DNA of 37,734 nucleotides, from the IMG/VR virus record IMGVR_UViG_3300021255_000108, positions 128,001-165,734 of that record, one strand, 5' to 3'. Shown here in pieces: positions 10,807 through 20,042 of this stretch. Numbering within the stretch: position 1 is the first letter of the stretch; each line of letters opens with the position of its first letter. Both the position numbers and the translations under genes were made by a program. The notes below the pieces were generated by a model. That model was not told where the DNA came from and made no database searches. It saw only the letters and a program-made list of their open reading frames with translations. The DNA comes from a virus. Its lineage: Duplodnaviria; Heunggongvirae; Uroviricota; Caudoviricetes.

Positions 10807-11885
10807 ATCATCTACTTTCTCTTTTTATTGCGGCAGCATTTGCATATACTATAAAAACCATCTCTAGAAGTTTTGTTTATAGAAAAGAAGCGGTTATGTG
10901 CTAATTTAATTTGCCCACAGCGCGAACACTTTTTCCATTGACCCTTTTCTTGATATGTAAAATACCACATAAGAAAATCATCTTGTGCCTGTTGCGCAAT
11001 TAGTTTGGGGATTTTATTGCGCCAAAGAGAAGAGATGTATTCTAAGGAATGGGTGGTATGAAATTCTTTTTCAAGGAACGCTTGTATTTCTTGATTAGTG
11101 TAATGATTTACTTTATACTCAATGATGCGACTATACATTGGATAATCGACTAAAGCATCTTTGAGAAGTTTATTAAAATCTTGAATAAAATACCAAGTAT
11201 CTTTGTCGAATTGACCATCACAATGTGCGCGCAGCCCACCTAAGTTTTGTAAAATCGCCGCAACTACAACAGGATCAAGGAAAGAGATGCCTGAATATTT
11301 TATTATGGGGCGATTCATTTCATCGTATTCAATCCATTCTTCACTGTCTAATTTTGGTGGGTTTGCGCCGGTGTGCGTTAATTGCGCGAAAACGATTGGA
11401 CGGCGATATGCATTTTTTATTATATATTGGTCACGCCGCATTTCAATTAATGAACGTTTTACTATAAATGCGTCGCGTCCTGTCACGTGCTCTTGTAGAG
11501 CCTCCCAGCGTTCTATCGCATCTCGCAATTGGCGCAATGGTGGGATTTCTTCTAAATCTTTTTTGGTTATTGATACTTTGGGTGTAAGAATTATATTTTT
11601 TTTATTTTCTGCTATTAAATTATGTATACCATCTTCGCCATTTTCTAATTGACCGACTAGTCCCTCATAAGAAGTTTCTCTTTTATTAACGGTTGCCATT
11701 CGATTGTCTGTTAAAATTTTGCGCTCTTTGCGTTCTTGCTTTTCCATACAGAGTACAAGGTAATCGGCTAAAACTTCTAAATACTATTCTGAAGGGTTGG
11801 GGTTTTCTGCTAAAATAGCTTTCACTATTTTATTGCGCTCTACAGGAGATTCTATTGTATAATCTAATTTTATTATATCAATCAC
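10803..11885 (-). CDS. Putative DNA-binding/regulatory protein with C-terminal Zn ribbon; TAG-recoded; start uncertain
   Basis: Frame extends upstream of track start 11747 across TAG 11784 (KLDYTIESPVERNKIV...SE(Q)YLEVLADYL). C-terminal CSRC...CKCC. TAG 10812, then TGA 10803. Confidence 0.65.
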
Positions 11886-11903
11886 TCTCCGTTCTATACG
11901 GCC

Positions 11904-11932
11904 ATTATACTAAAAAAATTTTGAGCTGTCAA
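11904..11932 (-). promoter_or_regulatory. Consensus sigma70/sigmaA promoter for the packaging/structural operon
   Basis: TTGACA-17 nt-TATAAT on the minus strand. Confidence 0.8.
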
Positions 11933-12200
11933 GTTTCGTTAATCGAAATCAAAAAAGGATTTAGAAGGGGGAGAGGCCAGGCATAATCGAATTATCATTT
12001 TCAAATAATTTTTCTCCCGAAACCTACCCCGGGTTGGTTTCATCTGGAAAAAAATATATAGAGTACTGCCGCTATTTTATTTAGACATCGGCCCGCCCTT
12101 GGTCACCACGCCCCGAAATCGCGCTACAAAAAACCTTACAAAAATTTCACAAGTTTTTTGTGCACATTGACCAAAACAAGTAAAGCCCCGAAAGTAGCAA

Positions 12201-12538
12201 GTTAGTTAGTACTAACTAACAGGCTCACTAATTAGCTGATGTATCACAACCCTTGATTAGCAAAGATTGTTAAGAAATTAACAAGCCCTTAGTTAGCCCT
12301 AACTAACCAGTTGCGACATTGTTAAGAATTTAACAATCTTTGTCTGCTATTCATTCTCAGCGCGTAAAATAGCAAAGATTGTTAAAAAATTAACAAACTC
12401 TAGTGGGGCAAAGATTGTTAAGAAATTAACAATGTCGGCTTGTTAAATAATTAACAAGGTGTAAATACACACAGATAGTATGGTATTAACACACTCATTG
12501 TATGTACAACAGCACAGACATTGTCAAAGACTTAACAA
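12201..12538. repeat. Cluster of palindromes TTGTTAA-N4-TTAACAA (x6) and GTTAGTTAGTACTAACTAAC
   Basis: Copies at 12267, 12319, 12379, 12415, 12440 and 12521 (degenerate); perfect 20-bp palindrome at 12201. Confidence 0.85.
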
Positions 12539-12665
12539 TGTGCAATGTGCACAAAAAACTGCGCAAAAGGTTGTAACTATTGACGATTGCTTTATAATAG
12601 TCAATCTGTTATACTATCATTGTCAAGAGGGAACAACAACAAACAAAAGAAAGAAGGACAAGACA

Positions 12666-12968
12666 ATGACAAAGATGCAGATGGTAGCTTTAGAGAATGC
12701 TAAGAAAGTTTTCGGTGATAAAGAGTTTTCTCGTAAAGAGTGGATGGACGTAGCTTGCGGAAAGTATGGTCTTTCTACTGCTATCTATGATGGAAATGTA
12801 AAGTCTGTTCAGCACGTAAAGCGTATCTACTACACTGTAAAAGAGTTAGTGAAGATGTTGAATGACTGCGCAGGTGATGACTGCTACAATTGTGACTGGA
12901 ACTTTAAAGTAGATGAGAATAACAATGCTTATGAGGAGATTATTACTAACACTTACAAACTTGTATAA
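12666..12968 (+). CDS. Hypothetical protein, duplicate A (100 aa)
   Basis: AAGGA RBS, MTKMQMVALENAKKVFG; paralog of 13224-13526. Confidence 0.8.
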   Translation: MTKMQMVALENAKKVFGDKEFSRKEWMDVACGKYGLSTAIYDGNVKSVQHVKRIYYTVKELVKMLNDCAGDDCYNCDWNFKVDENNNAYEEIITNTYKLV

Positions 12969-12992
12969 GAAGTCGAAAGACTTCTTTTTTTT
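12969..12992 (+). terminator. Rho-independent terminator
   Basis: GAAGTC-GAAA-GACTTC followed by a T run. Confidence 0.8.
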
Positions 12993-13223
12993 ATCGCCTA
13001 AGCCGTTAGACTAGTCTAACGGCGTTGCTGACATTGTTAAATATTTCACAAAGTTTTCGCGCCAAAAGACTTGTGCAAAGCGCACAATAAACTATCCTAA
13101 AACTTGTTCAACTTTTTTCTTAAAAACATACTATTTGTGTGTATACAATTTAATGCCGGTGTAGTATACTATAATCGTTCCAAGGGAACAGAAAAAATAA
13201 AAAAAAGAAAAGAGGACAAAACA

Positions 13224-13526
13224 ATGACTAAAATGCAGATTAACGCTCTTGAAAACGCTCAGAAGGTTTTTGGTGAGAAAGAGTTTACTGAAAAAGAGTG
13301 GATGAATGTGGCTTGCGGGAAATACGCTCTTACTACAGCGATTTATAACGGACATGTAAAAGCCATCAATCACACTGAGCGCACCTATTACACCGTTGCA
13401 GAAATTGTTAAAATGCTTAATGACTGCGCGTACAATGATTGCTATGGCTGTGATTGGTTCTATCAGATTGATGAGAATGGACAAGTTTATGAGGATAACA
13501 CAACTACTACTTACAAATTAATCTAA
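13224..13526 (+). CDS. Hypothetical protein, duplicate B (100 aa)
   Basis: GAGG RBS, MTKMQINALENAQKVFG; followed by a GAAGGC-ATAA-GCCTTC-T-run terminator. Confidence 0.8.
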   Translation: MTKMQINALENAQKVFGEKEFTEKEWMNVACGKYALTTAIYNGHVKAINHTERTYYTVAEIVKMLNDCAYNDCYGCDWFYQIDENGQVYEDNTTTTYKLI

Positions 13527-13730
13527 GAAGGCATAAGCCTTCTTTTTTTTTACCGTCTACCACTGTTAGGCTGGTCAAACGGCGTTTCTGCGCTTGTTAA
13601 ATATTTCACAAAGTTTTGTTCTGCGCAAGTCATTGTGAAAACTGCACAAAAAACATCCCGAAACTTAGTGCTTGACAAAATAGCAGGCATCGATTATAAT
13701 ACAATCAAGAAAAGCAAAGGAGACGAAACA

Positions 13731-14039
13731 ATGATTAACATTAGAAGCATTAACAAACTTACAAACAATGACGGTTTAACACTTAAAGCGGGAAAGAAAG
13801 TTACCTATAAAACCGGATGGCAAGTCGCAACAGAAGGCGTAGAATGCAAGACAGCAAAAGAAGCAATGACAGCTATCAAGGCGTACAATGGTAACTGCGG
13901 AATATGGTTTAGTGATGGTATCTATTATATTGATAAAAGCAAAAGAGTAAATACAAAAAAGGAAGCAATGACAATCGGCAAGGCTTGCAATCAAATCAGC
14001 GTATTAAATTGGCGTACAATGGGTTTAGCTTATTGCTAA
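13731..14039 (+). CDS. Hypothetical protein
   Basis: Own promoter, AAGGAG RBS, ATG 13731. Confidence 0.8.
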   Translation: MINIRSINKLTNNDGLTLKAGKKVTYKTGWQVATEGVECKTAKEAMTAIKAYNGNCGIWFSDGIYYIDKSKRVNTKKEAMTIGKACNQISVLNWRTMGLAYC

Positions 14040-14107
14040 AAAACTTGTTGACAAATAATAAAGTATTTGTTATAATGTACTCAAGAAAAGCAAAGGAGAG
14101 AAAAACA

Positions 14108-14320
14108 ATGACAAGCAAATGGTTAGAGTTAGATAGCATCGAATACGCATTAGCAAGCGCATACAGCGCAGGAAAAGGATACTTGTTTGAAATGTTTTTC
14201 GGATGGAGACAAACAAGAACATTTGGTCAAAAGGAATATGCGCGGTTTGTGCTTCCTAACAAGGGATGGGATGAGATAAACGTCTTAAAAAAACTTTATG
14301 AAAAACACTTGACAAAATAA
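14108..14320 (+). CDS. Hypothetical protein
   Basis: Own promoter and RBS; ATG 14108. Confidence 0.75.
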   Translation: MTSKWLELDSIEYALASAYSAGKGYLFEMFFGWRQTRTFGQKEYARFVLPNKGWDEINVLKKLYEKHLTK

Positions 14321-14373
14321 CAGACATCGTTTACAATACAATCAAGAAAAGAAAAGAAAAGGAGATAAAAACT

Positions 14374-14613
14374 ATGAAGTACTTTAAAGTAACTTGTCTG
14401 CGCGGACACGTTGGAAAGGGCAGAATTGCTACCATTACCTTTTACATTTGCGCAAAAGATGCAGTTAAGGCAATGTCAATAGCTCAGAATATGGGCGGCG
14501 TTAAACACTCAAAATTACCGCTTGCTTGCTATGAAGTGAGTGAAACGGAATTTACAATGCAGAAAATGCAGAAACGTAATGCGTACAAAGAGTGCGGAGC
14601 AAAAAAGTTTTAA
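14374..14613 (+). CDS. Hypothetical basic protein
   Basis: Promoter, AAGGAG RBS, terminator hairpin downstream. Confidence 0.8.
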   Translation: MKYFKVTCLRGHVGKGRIATITFYICAKDAVKAMSIAQNMGGVKHSKLPLACYEVSETEFTMQKMQKRNAYKECGAKKF

Positions 14614-14754
14614 CAGGCTAACAAGCCTGTTTTCTTTTGCGCACAATGCACAAAAAATAATATGTTTTTTATATCAATAAAATTTACCGGAATTGTTGAC
14701 AAAATTCAAGACATCGATTATAATACAATCAAGAAAAGCAAAGGAGAGAAAAAA

Positions 14755-14949
14755 ATGATTTACGAAGAATACAACAACGGATACTTCCACATGACTTGGT
14801 TTGACAAAGAAGACGAGTTTCACGTTGGTGAGTACAATGACTTTGCCGAGCTGATGAAGGCCGGCAAGAAAGCGAAAGCAGAAGGCGGATGGGGCTTCAC
14901 CTGCATGAATCCCAAGGGGATCACAATTTATCCCAGCGCAAGTTTTTAA
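14755..14949 (+). CDS. Hypothetical protein
   Basis: Promoter, RBS, ATG 14755; AAAGGCC-ATGT-GGCCTTT terminator. Confidence 0.75.
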   Translation: MIYEEYNNGYFHMTWFDKEDEFHVGEYNDFAELMKAGKKAKAEGGWGFTCMNPKGITIYPSASF

Positions 14950-15090
14950 AGGCCATGTGGCCTTTTTCTTGTCGCCGGCCCGGGCGCGGGCGCTAAAGCT
15001 GCGCCCGGGCCGAGTTTGCGAAAAATGCAAGTCTGGCAATAAAATCTTGCAAAATGAGCGCAAAGTTTAGCCACACTAAACCTCCCGAAA

Positions 15091-15223
15091 CAAAAAGGTC
15101 GGGGTTCTCACCCGACTGCAGTTCTCTCGGTTTTGCGGCTTCAAAATTCAACTACCGCCATACCCCGCTAGTTTCCTAGCAGTTGAATTTTTTTAGGAGG
15201 AGAACTGCTAAGCCCGCCCTGTG
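15091..15223 (-). ncRNA. Candidate structured small RNA
   Basis: Minus-strand TTGACA-17-TACTAT (15229-15257), nested long stems, terminal GTCGGG/CCCGAC hairpin plus U run. Confidence 0.6.
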
Positions 15224-15351
15224 ACTATATAGTATCACAGCCTATTAGTAATGTCAACAGGTTTTTTAAAAAAATAAAAAAAATATTTAGTTGACAAATT
15301 TAATTAAATAAGTTATAATGTACTCAAGAAAAGAAAAGGAGAATAAAAAAA

Positions 15352-15519
15352 ATGAAAACTTATACTGAAGAAGAAATCAAGAAATGGTTTGATGTAATGA
15401 TGAAAAAGTATCCTAATGGCGCGTTTTATTATCATCTGTTGAGCGTTAAAAATGAAATGTTCCCCTCTAAAATCTATGATGATAGGGATAGCTTAGAAAA
15501 GGTGGTCCACAATGGATAA
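15352..15519 (+). CDS. Small hypothetical protein (55 aa)
   Basis: Promoter 15291, AAGGAG RBS, MKTYTEEEIKKWF; overlaps the next start. Confidence 0.7.
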   Translation: MKTYTEEEIKKWFDVMMKKYPNGAFYYHLLSVKNEMFPSKIYDDRDSLEKVVHNG

Positions 15520-15952
15520 AAAAGAAGTATTAAGATTATTAAAGAGCGCAAATGATGATTTAACCATAATGGACTGCGCAAATGTGATTATTGTAACCGT
15601 TAATAATTGTAATGGTTTTGATGACACTTTGCGCAGTATGGATAATATCGAACGTGTAGACAATATTTATAAAATATTAAAAGAAAATGCGTATGAATAT
15701 TTCAATGATAATTTTAGATTTAAAGGGTTTACAGTAATTTGGAATTATGCAACAGGTGAGGCAATGAGAGAAGATTTACAGTTTTTTAAAATAACTCGGC
15801 ATTATGCGAATGAAGAATGTTTTATTACTATTACATTTAACATTATTGAAGCGCTAAACGCTGTGACAATTTGGTTAAGAGACAAAGATTGTATTCATAT
15901 TCAAATAGAAGATTTAAAAAATAATTGGATTATTTTTGATTATTTTCAGTAA
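15512..15952 (+). CDS. Hypothetical protein
   Basis: 146-aa ORF, AAGGTGG RBS. Confidence 0.75.
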   Translation: MDKKEVLRLLKSANDDLTIMDCANVIIVTVNNCNGFDDTLRSMDNIERVDNIYKILKENAYEYFNDNFRFKGFTVIWNYATGEAMREDLQFFKITRHYANEECFITITFNIIEALNAVTIWLRDKDCIHIQIEDLKNNWIIFDYFQ

Positions 15953-16016
15953 ACCTATTGACAATAGAGTGAACCGGCGTTATAATTAACTCACAAATGA
16001 AAGAGAGGTAAATGAA

Positions 16017-16253
16017 ATGTATACAGTTTATTATTACATGAACAAACAGCCCCATCGTTACACCTTTGTTTTCGAAACTTTGTGGGGCGCAATTTTCAAA
16101 GCCCGTTGCATCTTTGAAGAACACGGTTTTCCTACTGATGTTATGCGCGATGGTACAGGTGAAATCGTCGCAATCTTTGAACCGGGCAACAATTGGATTG
16201 CTGAAAACGATGATATCGATGCTACTATTTTGGCAAAAACAGAAATAAAATAA
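16017..16253 (+). CDS. Hypothetical protein
   Basis: Promoter 15958, GAGGT RBS. Confidence 0.75.
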   Translation: MYTVYYYMNKQPHRYTFVFETLWGAIFKARCIFEEHGFPTDVMRDGTGEIVAIFEPGNNWIAENDDIDATILAKTEIK

Positions 16254-16350
16254 AACGCGCAAAAAGCGCATTTTATTTTCAAAAAAGTATTGACAATCCC
16301 GAAACTGTGCGTTATAATTAAGCCACAAAATGAAAGAGAGGAAATCAAAA

Positions 16351-16644
16351 ATGAAAAAAATCAATTACGAACAGTGCGCCACCTTGCTCAACTACTCTAA
16401 GAAACATACATTTGAGCGCATCGCATGTAACCATTACATCGCTGAAAATAGTGCTTGTGTAAGAGTAATTACAAAAATCAAACTTCCTGTGTATATTCTG
16501 TTGTTTGTTCCCATTCATCTTTTACAAGCCATTGCCTTAATTTGGGACGGCGGATTAAAAGAATTTAGCATTGAATCACGGACTAGTAATCATCTCGTAT
16601 GGAAGGACAGCAAAGGTTATAAAGAATTTTCAGAAAGAGGTTGA
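16351..16644 (+). CDS. Hypothetical protein with one hydrophobic segment
   Basis: GAGG RBS, ATG 16351; VYILLFVPIHLLQAIALIW. Confidence 0.7.
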   Translation: MKKINYEQCATLLNYSKKHTFERIACNHYIAENSACVRVITKIKLPVYILLFVPIHLLQAIALIWDGGLKEFSIESRTSNHLVWKDSKGYKEFSERG

Positions 16645-16700
16645 CAGCCTCTTTCTGATGTGATATAATAGGCTTGTCCAAAGGGAACAGAAAGGAAATA

Positions 16701-16985
16701 ATGAAAATGAAAAACGTGAAAATGATTGCTTTGGCGGTTCTTTTAATGATTTGTGCTTTTACTCTCTCTGGTTGTTCTCTCGGTAATCGTCAAATCGGTT
16801 TAGATTTGAAACAATCTTTTGATGACGCGATTATTATCCTGCACAATGGCGAAATGATAGAGGGCAAAATTGACAATTGGCGCGACTTTGATGAATCTGA
16901 TGCTGTACAAGTTACAATTGAAGGTGTAACATATTTAACGCATTATTCAAATGTGATTCTTATCAGATACGACAATCAGCACTAA
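16701..16985 (+). CDS. Putative lipoprotein
   Basis: Signal peptide MKMKNVKMIALAVLLMICAFT with an LSG-C lipobox. Confidence 0.75.
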   Translation: MKMKNVKMIALAVLLMICAFTLSGCSLGNRQIGLDLKQSFDDAIIILHNGEMIEGKIDNWRDFDESDAVQVTIEGVTYLTHYSNVILIRYDNQH

Positions 16986-17063
16986 AAAATTTTTAAAAAG
17001 GGGTTGACAAAACCCCTTTTTAATATTATAATTAACTCAAGAAAAGCAAAGGAGAAAGATAAA

Positions 17064-17288
17064 ATGTGGTTTAAAAAGAAAAATCCGGAAAGATACGTGA
17101 TTGCTTTCTGTGATGAAAATGATATTTCAACAAAGTTTGGTCAGGATGATGAAGTATTTACTTCATACGAGAGCGCAAAAAATAGAATCTTCTCCAAAGC
17201 CTGCGGATGGGGCCGAGCGATTCAAGAAACAGAGAACGACAGCGCGCGTATTAGTGGTGGATGGTTAATAATTGAAAAAATTTGTTAA
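17064..17288 (+). CDS. Hypothetical protein
   Basis: Promoter 17004, AAGGAG RBS, ATG 17064. Confidence 0.75.
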   Translation: MWFKKKNPERYVIAFCDENDISTKFGQDDEVFTSYESAKNRIFSKACGWGRAIQETENDSARISGGWLIIEKIC

Positions 17289-17354
17289 AAACCTATTGAC
17301 AAATTCCGGATTTCAGATTATAATTAACTCAACAAAAGCAAGGAGGAACAAAAA

Positions 17355-17543
17355 ATGAAAACTTTCTTCTCTATCGTCTTTATGGTAATGGTAATCTTTG
17401 ATTTCTTTATGGTCACTCCGCTCGGCACCTACTGGACAATGAAAAATTTAGATGAGGGCAAGCCCTGTTATGGAATGATTTTTCTGTTCGCAACTATAAT
17501 TCCTATGATGATAATTGGATGCGCTTTGGGGTTCATAAAATGA
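17355..17543 (+). CDS. Small two-TM membrane protein
   Basis: AAGGAGG RBS; two hydrophobic stretches. Confidence 0.75.
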   Translation: MKTFFSIVFMVMVIFDFFMVTPLGTYWTMKNLDEGKPCYGMIFLFATIIPMMIIGCALGFIK

Positions 17544-17678
17544 GCCCCTTTTTTAATTGGCTTGGCCGGCCCGCGCTGGGCCAGCGCGGGTCGTATTCCC
17601 AGTATACCACAGCCCAGCAATTTTGTCAATAGGAAATTTGCACAAAAATTAAAAAAAATTTTTTCCCAAAATGCACAA

Positions 17679-17829
17679 ACACAATTTGTGTGTCCTAACA
17701 ACACTCTCTGTGTGGCATACAATTCGTGTGTGTTAGGGCGCACTAAATGTATGTAATACAAAATGTGTGTGTTAGTACATACTAAATAGATGACATACAA
17801 ATTGTGTGTATGTGTTAGACTGTCCTAAC
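17679..17829. repeat. Degenerate tandem repeat, about 39-bp period (ATACAAnnnGTGTGTGTTAG-N6-CTAA)
   Basis: Units start at 17679, 17717, 17756 and 17795. Confidence 0.7.
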
Positions 17830-17970
17830 CAAAAAATGGCTCTTTTACCGCATTAACCACCTAAAAAAATATGCACAAAAAAGTTATTGTTTTTTTTATA
17901 GTTTTGACGGTTGCGTTTTTCCGGAATATCTGATAGTATTTAACCATCAAATGAAGGAGGTCACAAGACA

Positions 17971-18426
17971 ATGACAAAAGCAACACTTAGGAATCACTAC
18001 ATCCGCCACTCTGCCGCCGACAGCTATATTGTAGGATTTACCGAAAAGCACATGGTCTATATGGCCAAAATGCCGGAAATCGCGCCGCGCTTTATCACCA
18101 TTGAAGACGCATCCCGTCAACAGGGGCAAGCACTGCGCCTCCGCATAAAGAAAGCCCATCGCGACTACTTTATGAAAAAGGGCGCGATTTGTCTCGGCCC
18201 TGATAGCATCCTGAACGATGAAACTTACAACAAGGGCGAGATGTTTGAAAAGGCCGTGACTGAATATTTCGGTCAGGTCTGGACAAAGGATACCATCCCA
18301 TTTTGGGTACAGGGCGATATCCGCGTGAACGATGAGGAAATTCAAATCAAGTTTGACGGCGCTAGCCTTCTTACCACTAAACAAGTCGCTAAAAACTTCT
18401 ACAAAAGGCAGAGGAAAGGGGCTTGA
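17971..18426 (+). CDS. Hypothetical protein, possible PD-(D/E)xK-like fold
   Basis: AAGGAGG RBS; E...GD...QIK pattern in the C-terminal half (weak). Confidence 0.65.
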   Translation: MTKATLRNHYIRHSAADSYIVGFTEKHMVYMAKMPEIAPRFITIEDASRQQGQALRLRIKKAHRDYFMKKGAICLGPDSILNDETYNKGEMFEKAVTEYFGQVWTKDTIPFWVQGDIRVNDEEIQIKFDGASLLTTKQVAKNFYKRQRKGA

Positions 18427-18482
18427 CAAGCCCCTGACCCTGTGATACAATACAGTCAAGAAAAGCAAAGGAGAATAAAAAA

Positions 18483-18662
18483 ATGAAAAACTTAAAGTAT
18501 CAGCTGGTCATTGCCGAAACCACTCTTGAAGTCCTGATGAATAAGCGCGAGAGCGCAATGACAGAGGGCGATTGGTACATATACAACGAGCGCATCACTA
18601 ACCTCCTGCCTTTCATCACAGAATTAAAAGACAAAATTGCCGAAATGGAAGAGGCGCAGTAA
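18483..18662 (+). CDS. Small helical protein (59 aa)
   Basis: Promoter 18423, AAGGAG RBS, MKNLKYQLVIAE. Confidence 0.7.
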   Translation: MKNLKYQLVIAETTLEVLMNKRESAMTEGDWYIYNERITNLLPFITELKDKIAEMEEAQ

Positions 18663-18791
18663 GCGTTTCTTCCGGGCGCTGTACAAAACGCACAAAAAAA
18701 TTGCCAATTCTTTGGTATTGACTTTTCTGTCATCTTGCTGTATAATTACTTACGTCAAGAGGAACGAACGACAACAAAAGGAGAAAACAAA

Positions 18792-19148
18792 ATGGAAAAG
18801 AAAGTTACTTACGCAGAAGCCCTCACCTATGCCATCGACCACATCGACGCGGAAGAAATGATTGAAGTCCTCACCAAACTGCGCGCATCTATTCAGAAGC
18901 GTAGCACCTCTAAGTCCAAAGCGCAGATTGAAAAGGAACAGCAGGCTGAGACCATCGCTGAGACTATTGTACAGGTGCTAGCATCGGCTGAGACGCCTAT
19001 CACAATGGCAGACCTGAAAGAAGCTGATGAGTCGCTCGCGTCTTATACTACACAGCGTCTGTCGGCTATTATGGCTAAACTTGTCGAGCGCGGACAGGTA
19101 GTAAAAACTATTGAAAAGCGCAAAGCAATGTACTCTCTTGCGGAATAG
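18792..19148 (+). CDS. Winged-helix DNA-binding protein, paralog 1
   Basis: MEKKVTYAEAL..AI N-terminus; C-terminal wHTH (ITMADL...QRLSAIMAKLVERGQV...KRKAMYSL). Ends in TAG. Confidence 0.8.
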   Translation: MEKKVTYAEALTYAIDHIDAEEMIEVLTKLRASIQKRSTSKSKAQIEKEQQAETIAETIVQVLASAETPITMADLKEADESLASYTTQRLSAIMAKLVERGQVVKTIEKRKAMYSLAE

Positions 19149-19323
19149 GAGGGAGGGCGCAAGCCCTCCTTCCGGAACCATACATTTTGTGTAGATTTAC
19201 TTAATTGATTATTTAAAAATAATATGTTAAAATAAATTATCGAAAATGAAAAAAGACTATTGACAGAATAACATCCGTCTGCTATAATGTACTCACAAAC
19301 GAGAGAGAAAGGAACAAAAAACA

Positions 19324-19770
19324 ATGAAGAAAGAAATTTGGTTCGATATGGATGGCACAATTGCTAACCTCTACGCCGTACATAATTGGCTTATTTACTT
19401 AGAGTGCGAAAACCCCTTCCCCTACGAAAACGCAATGCCGATGATGAACTTTTCAAGGCTTGCTAAACTGCTGAACAAACTACAGAAAAACGGATGGAAA
19501 ATTGGTATCATCTCTTGGACCGCTAAATACGGCAGTGATAATTATAACTCTGTCGTAGCAAAAGCAAAAACTAAATGGCTGGCAAAACACTTGAAATCCG
19601 TACAGTGGGATGAGATAAAAATTGTCAAGTACGGCACAAATAAGTTTTCTGTCTGCGGTGGTGGAATCCTCTTTGATGACGAGGAAGGCAACAGAACAAA
19701 ATGGATGGATGAAGCATACGAGCCGAACAAAATCTTTGAGGTGCTCAACGGACTGCGGACAAGGGCATAA
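19324..19770 (+). CDS. HAD-superfamily hydrolase (5'(3')-nucleotidase-like)
   Basis: Motif I WFDMDGT, IISW, K, and LFDD motif IV. Confidence 0.8.
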   Translation: MKKEIWFDMDGTIANLYAVHNWLIYLECENPFPYENAMPMMNFSRLAKLLNKLQKNGWKIGIISWTAKYGSDNYNSVVAKAKTKWLAKHLKSVQWDEIKIVKYGTNKFSVCGGGILFDDEEGNRTKWMDEAYEPNKIFEVLNGLRTRA

Positions 19771-19869
19771 AAACCCTTGCCCCGCCCGGGCGAGAAAATT
19801 TTAAAATGACTATTGACAAGATACTTTTGAAATGATATAATGTATCCGTTGATGAAAGGAGATTAGATT

Positions 19870-19962
19870 ATGCTGACAATTAGAACCATCCTCATTGTGT
19901 GTGTAGTTTGTACTGTTCTGTATGCGATTTTTTTGGATTGGTTACACCAAAGGTACCGATAA
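19870..19962 (+). CDS. Tiny hydrophobic peptide (30 aa)
   Basis: Promoter 19813, AAGGAG RBS, MLTIRTILIVCVVCTVLYAIFLDW. Confidence 0.55.
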   Translation: MLTIRTILIVCVVCTVLYAIFLDWLHQRYR

Positions 19963-20042
19963 TCTTTGGTACTTTTGACAATAGACAAATGAATGATAAC
20001 GCTGTATAATATAACCAACAAAAGAAAAGGAGAACACGTTTT

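Noticed and set aside
3327-11652. Plus-strand ORFs within the structural module
   Set aside because: Shadow ORFs opposite well-supported minus-strand genes; no RBS or motifs.
17679-17829. Mini CRISPR array
   Set aside because: Repeats are degenerate, the period of about 39 bp leaves no room for spacers, and no cas genes are present.
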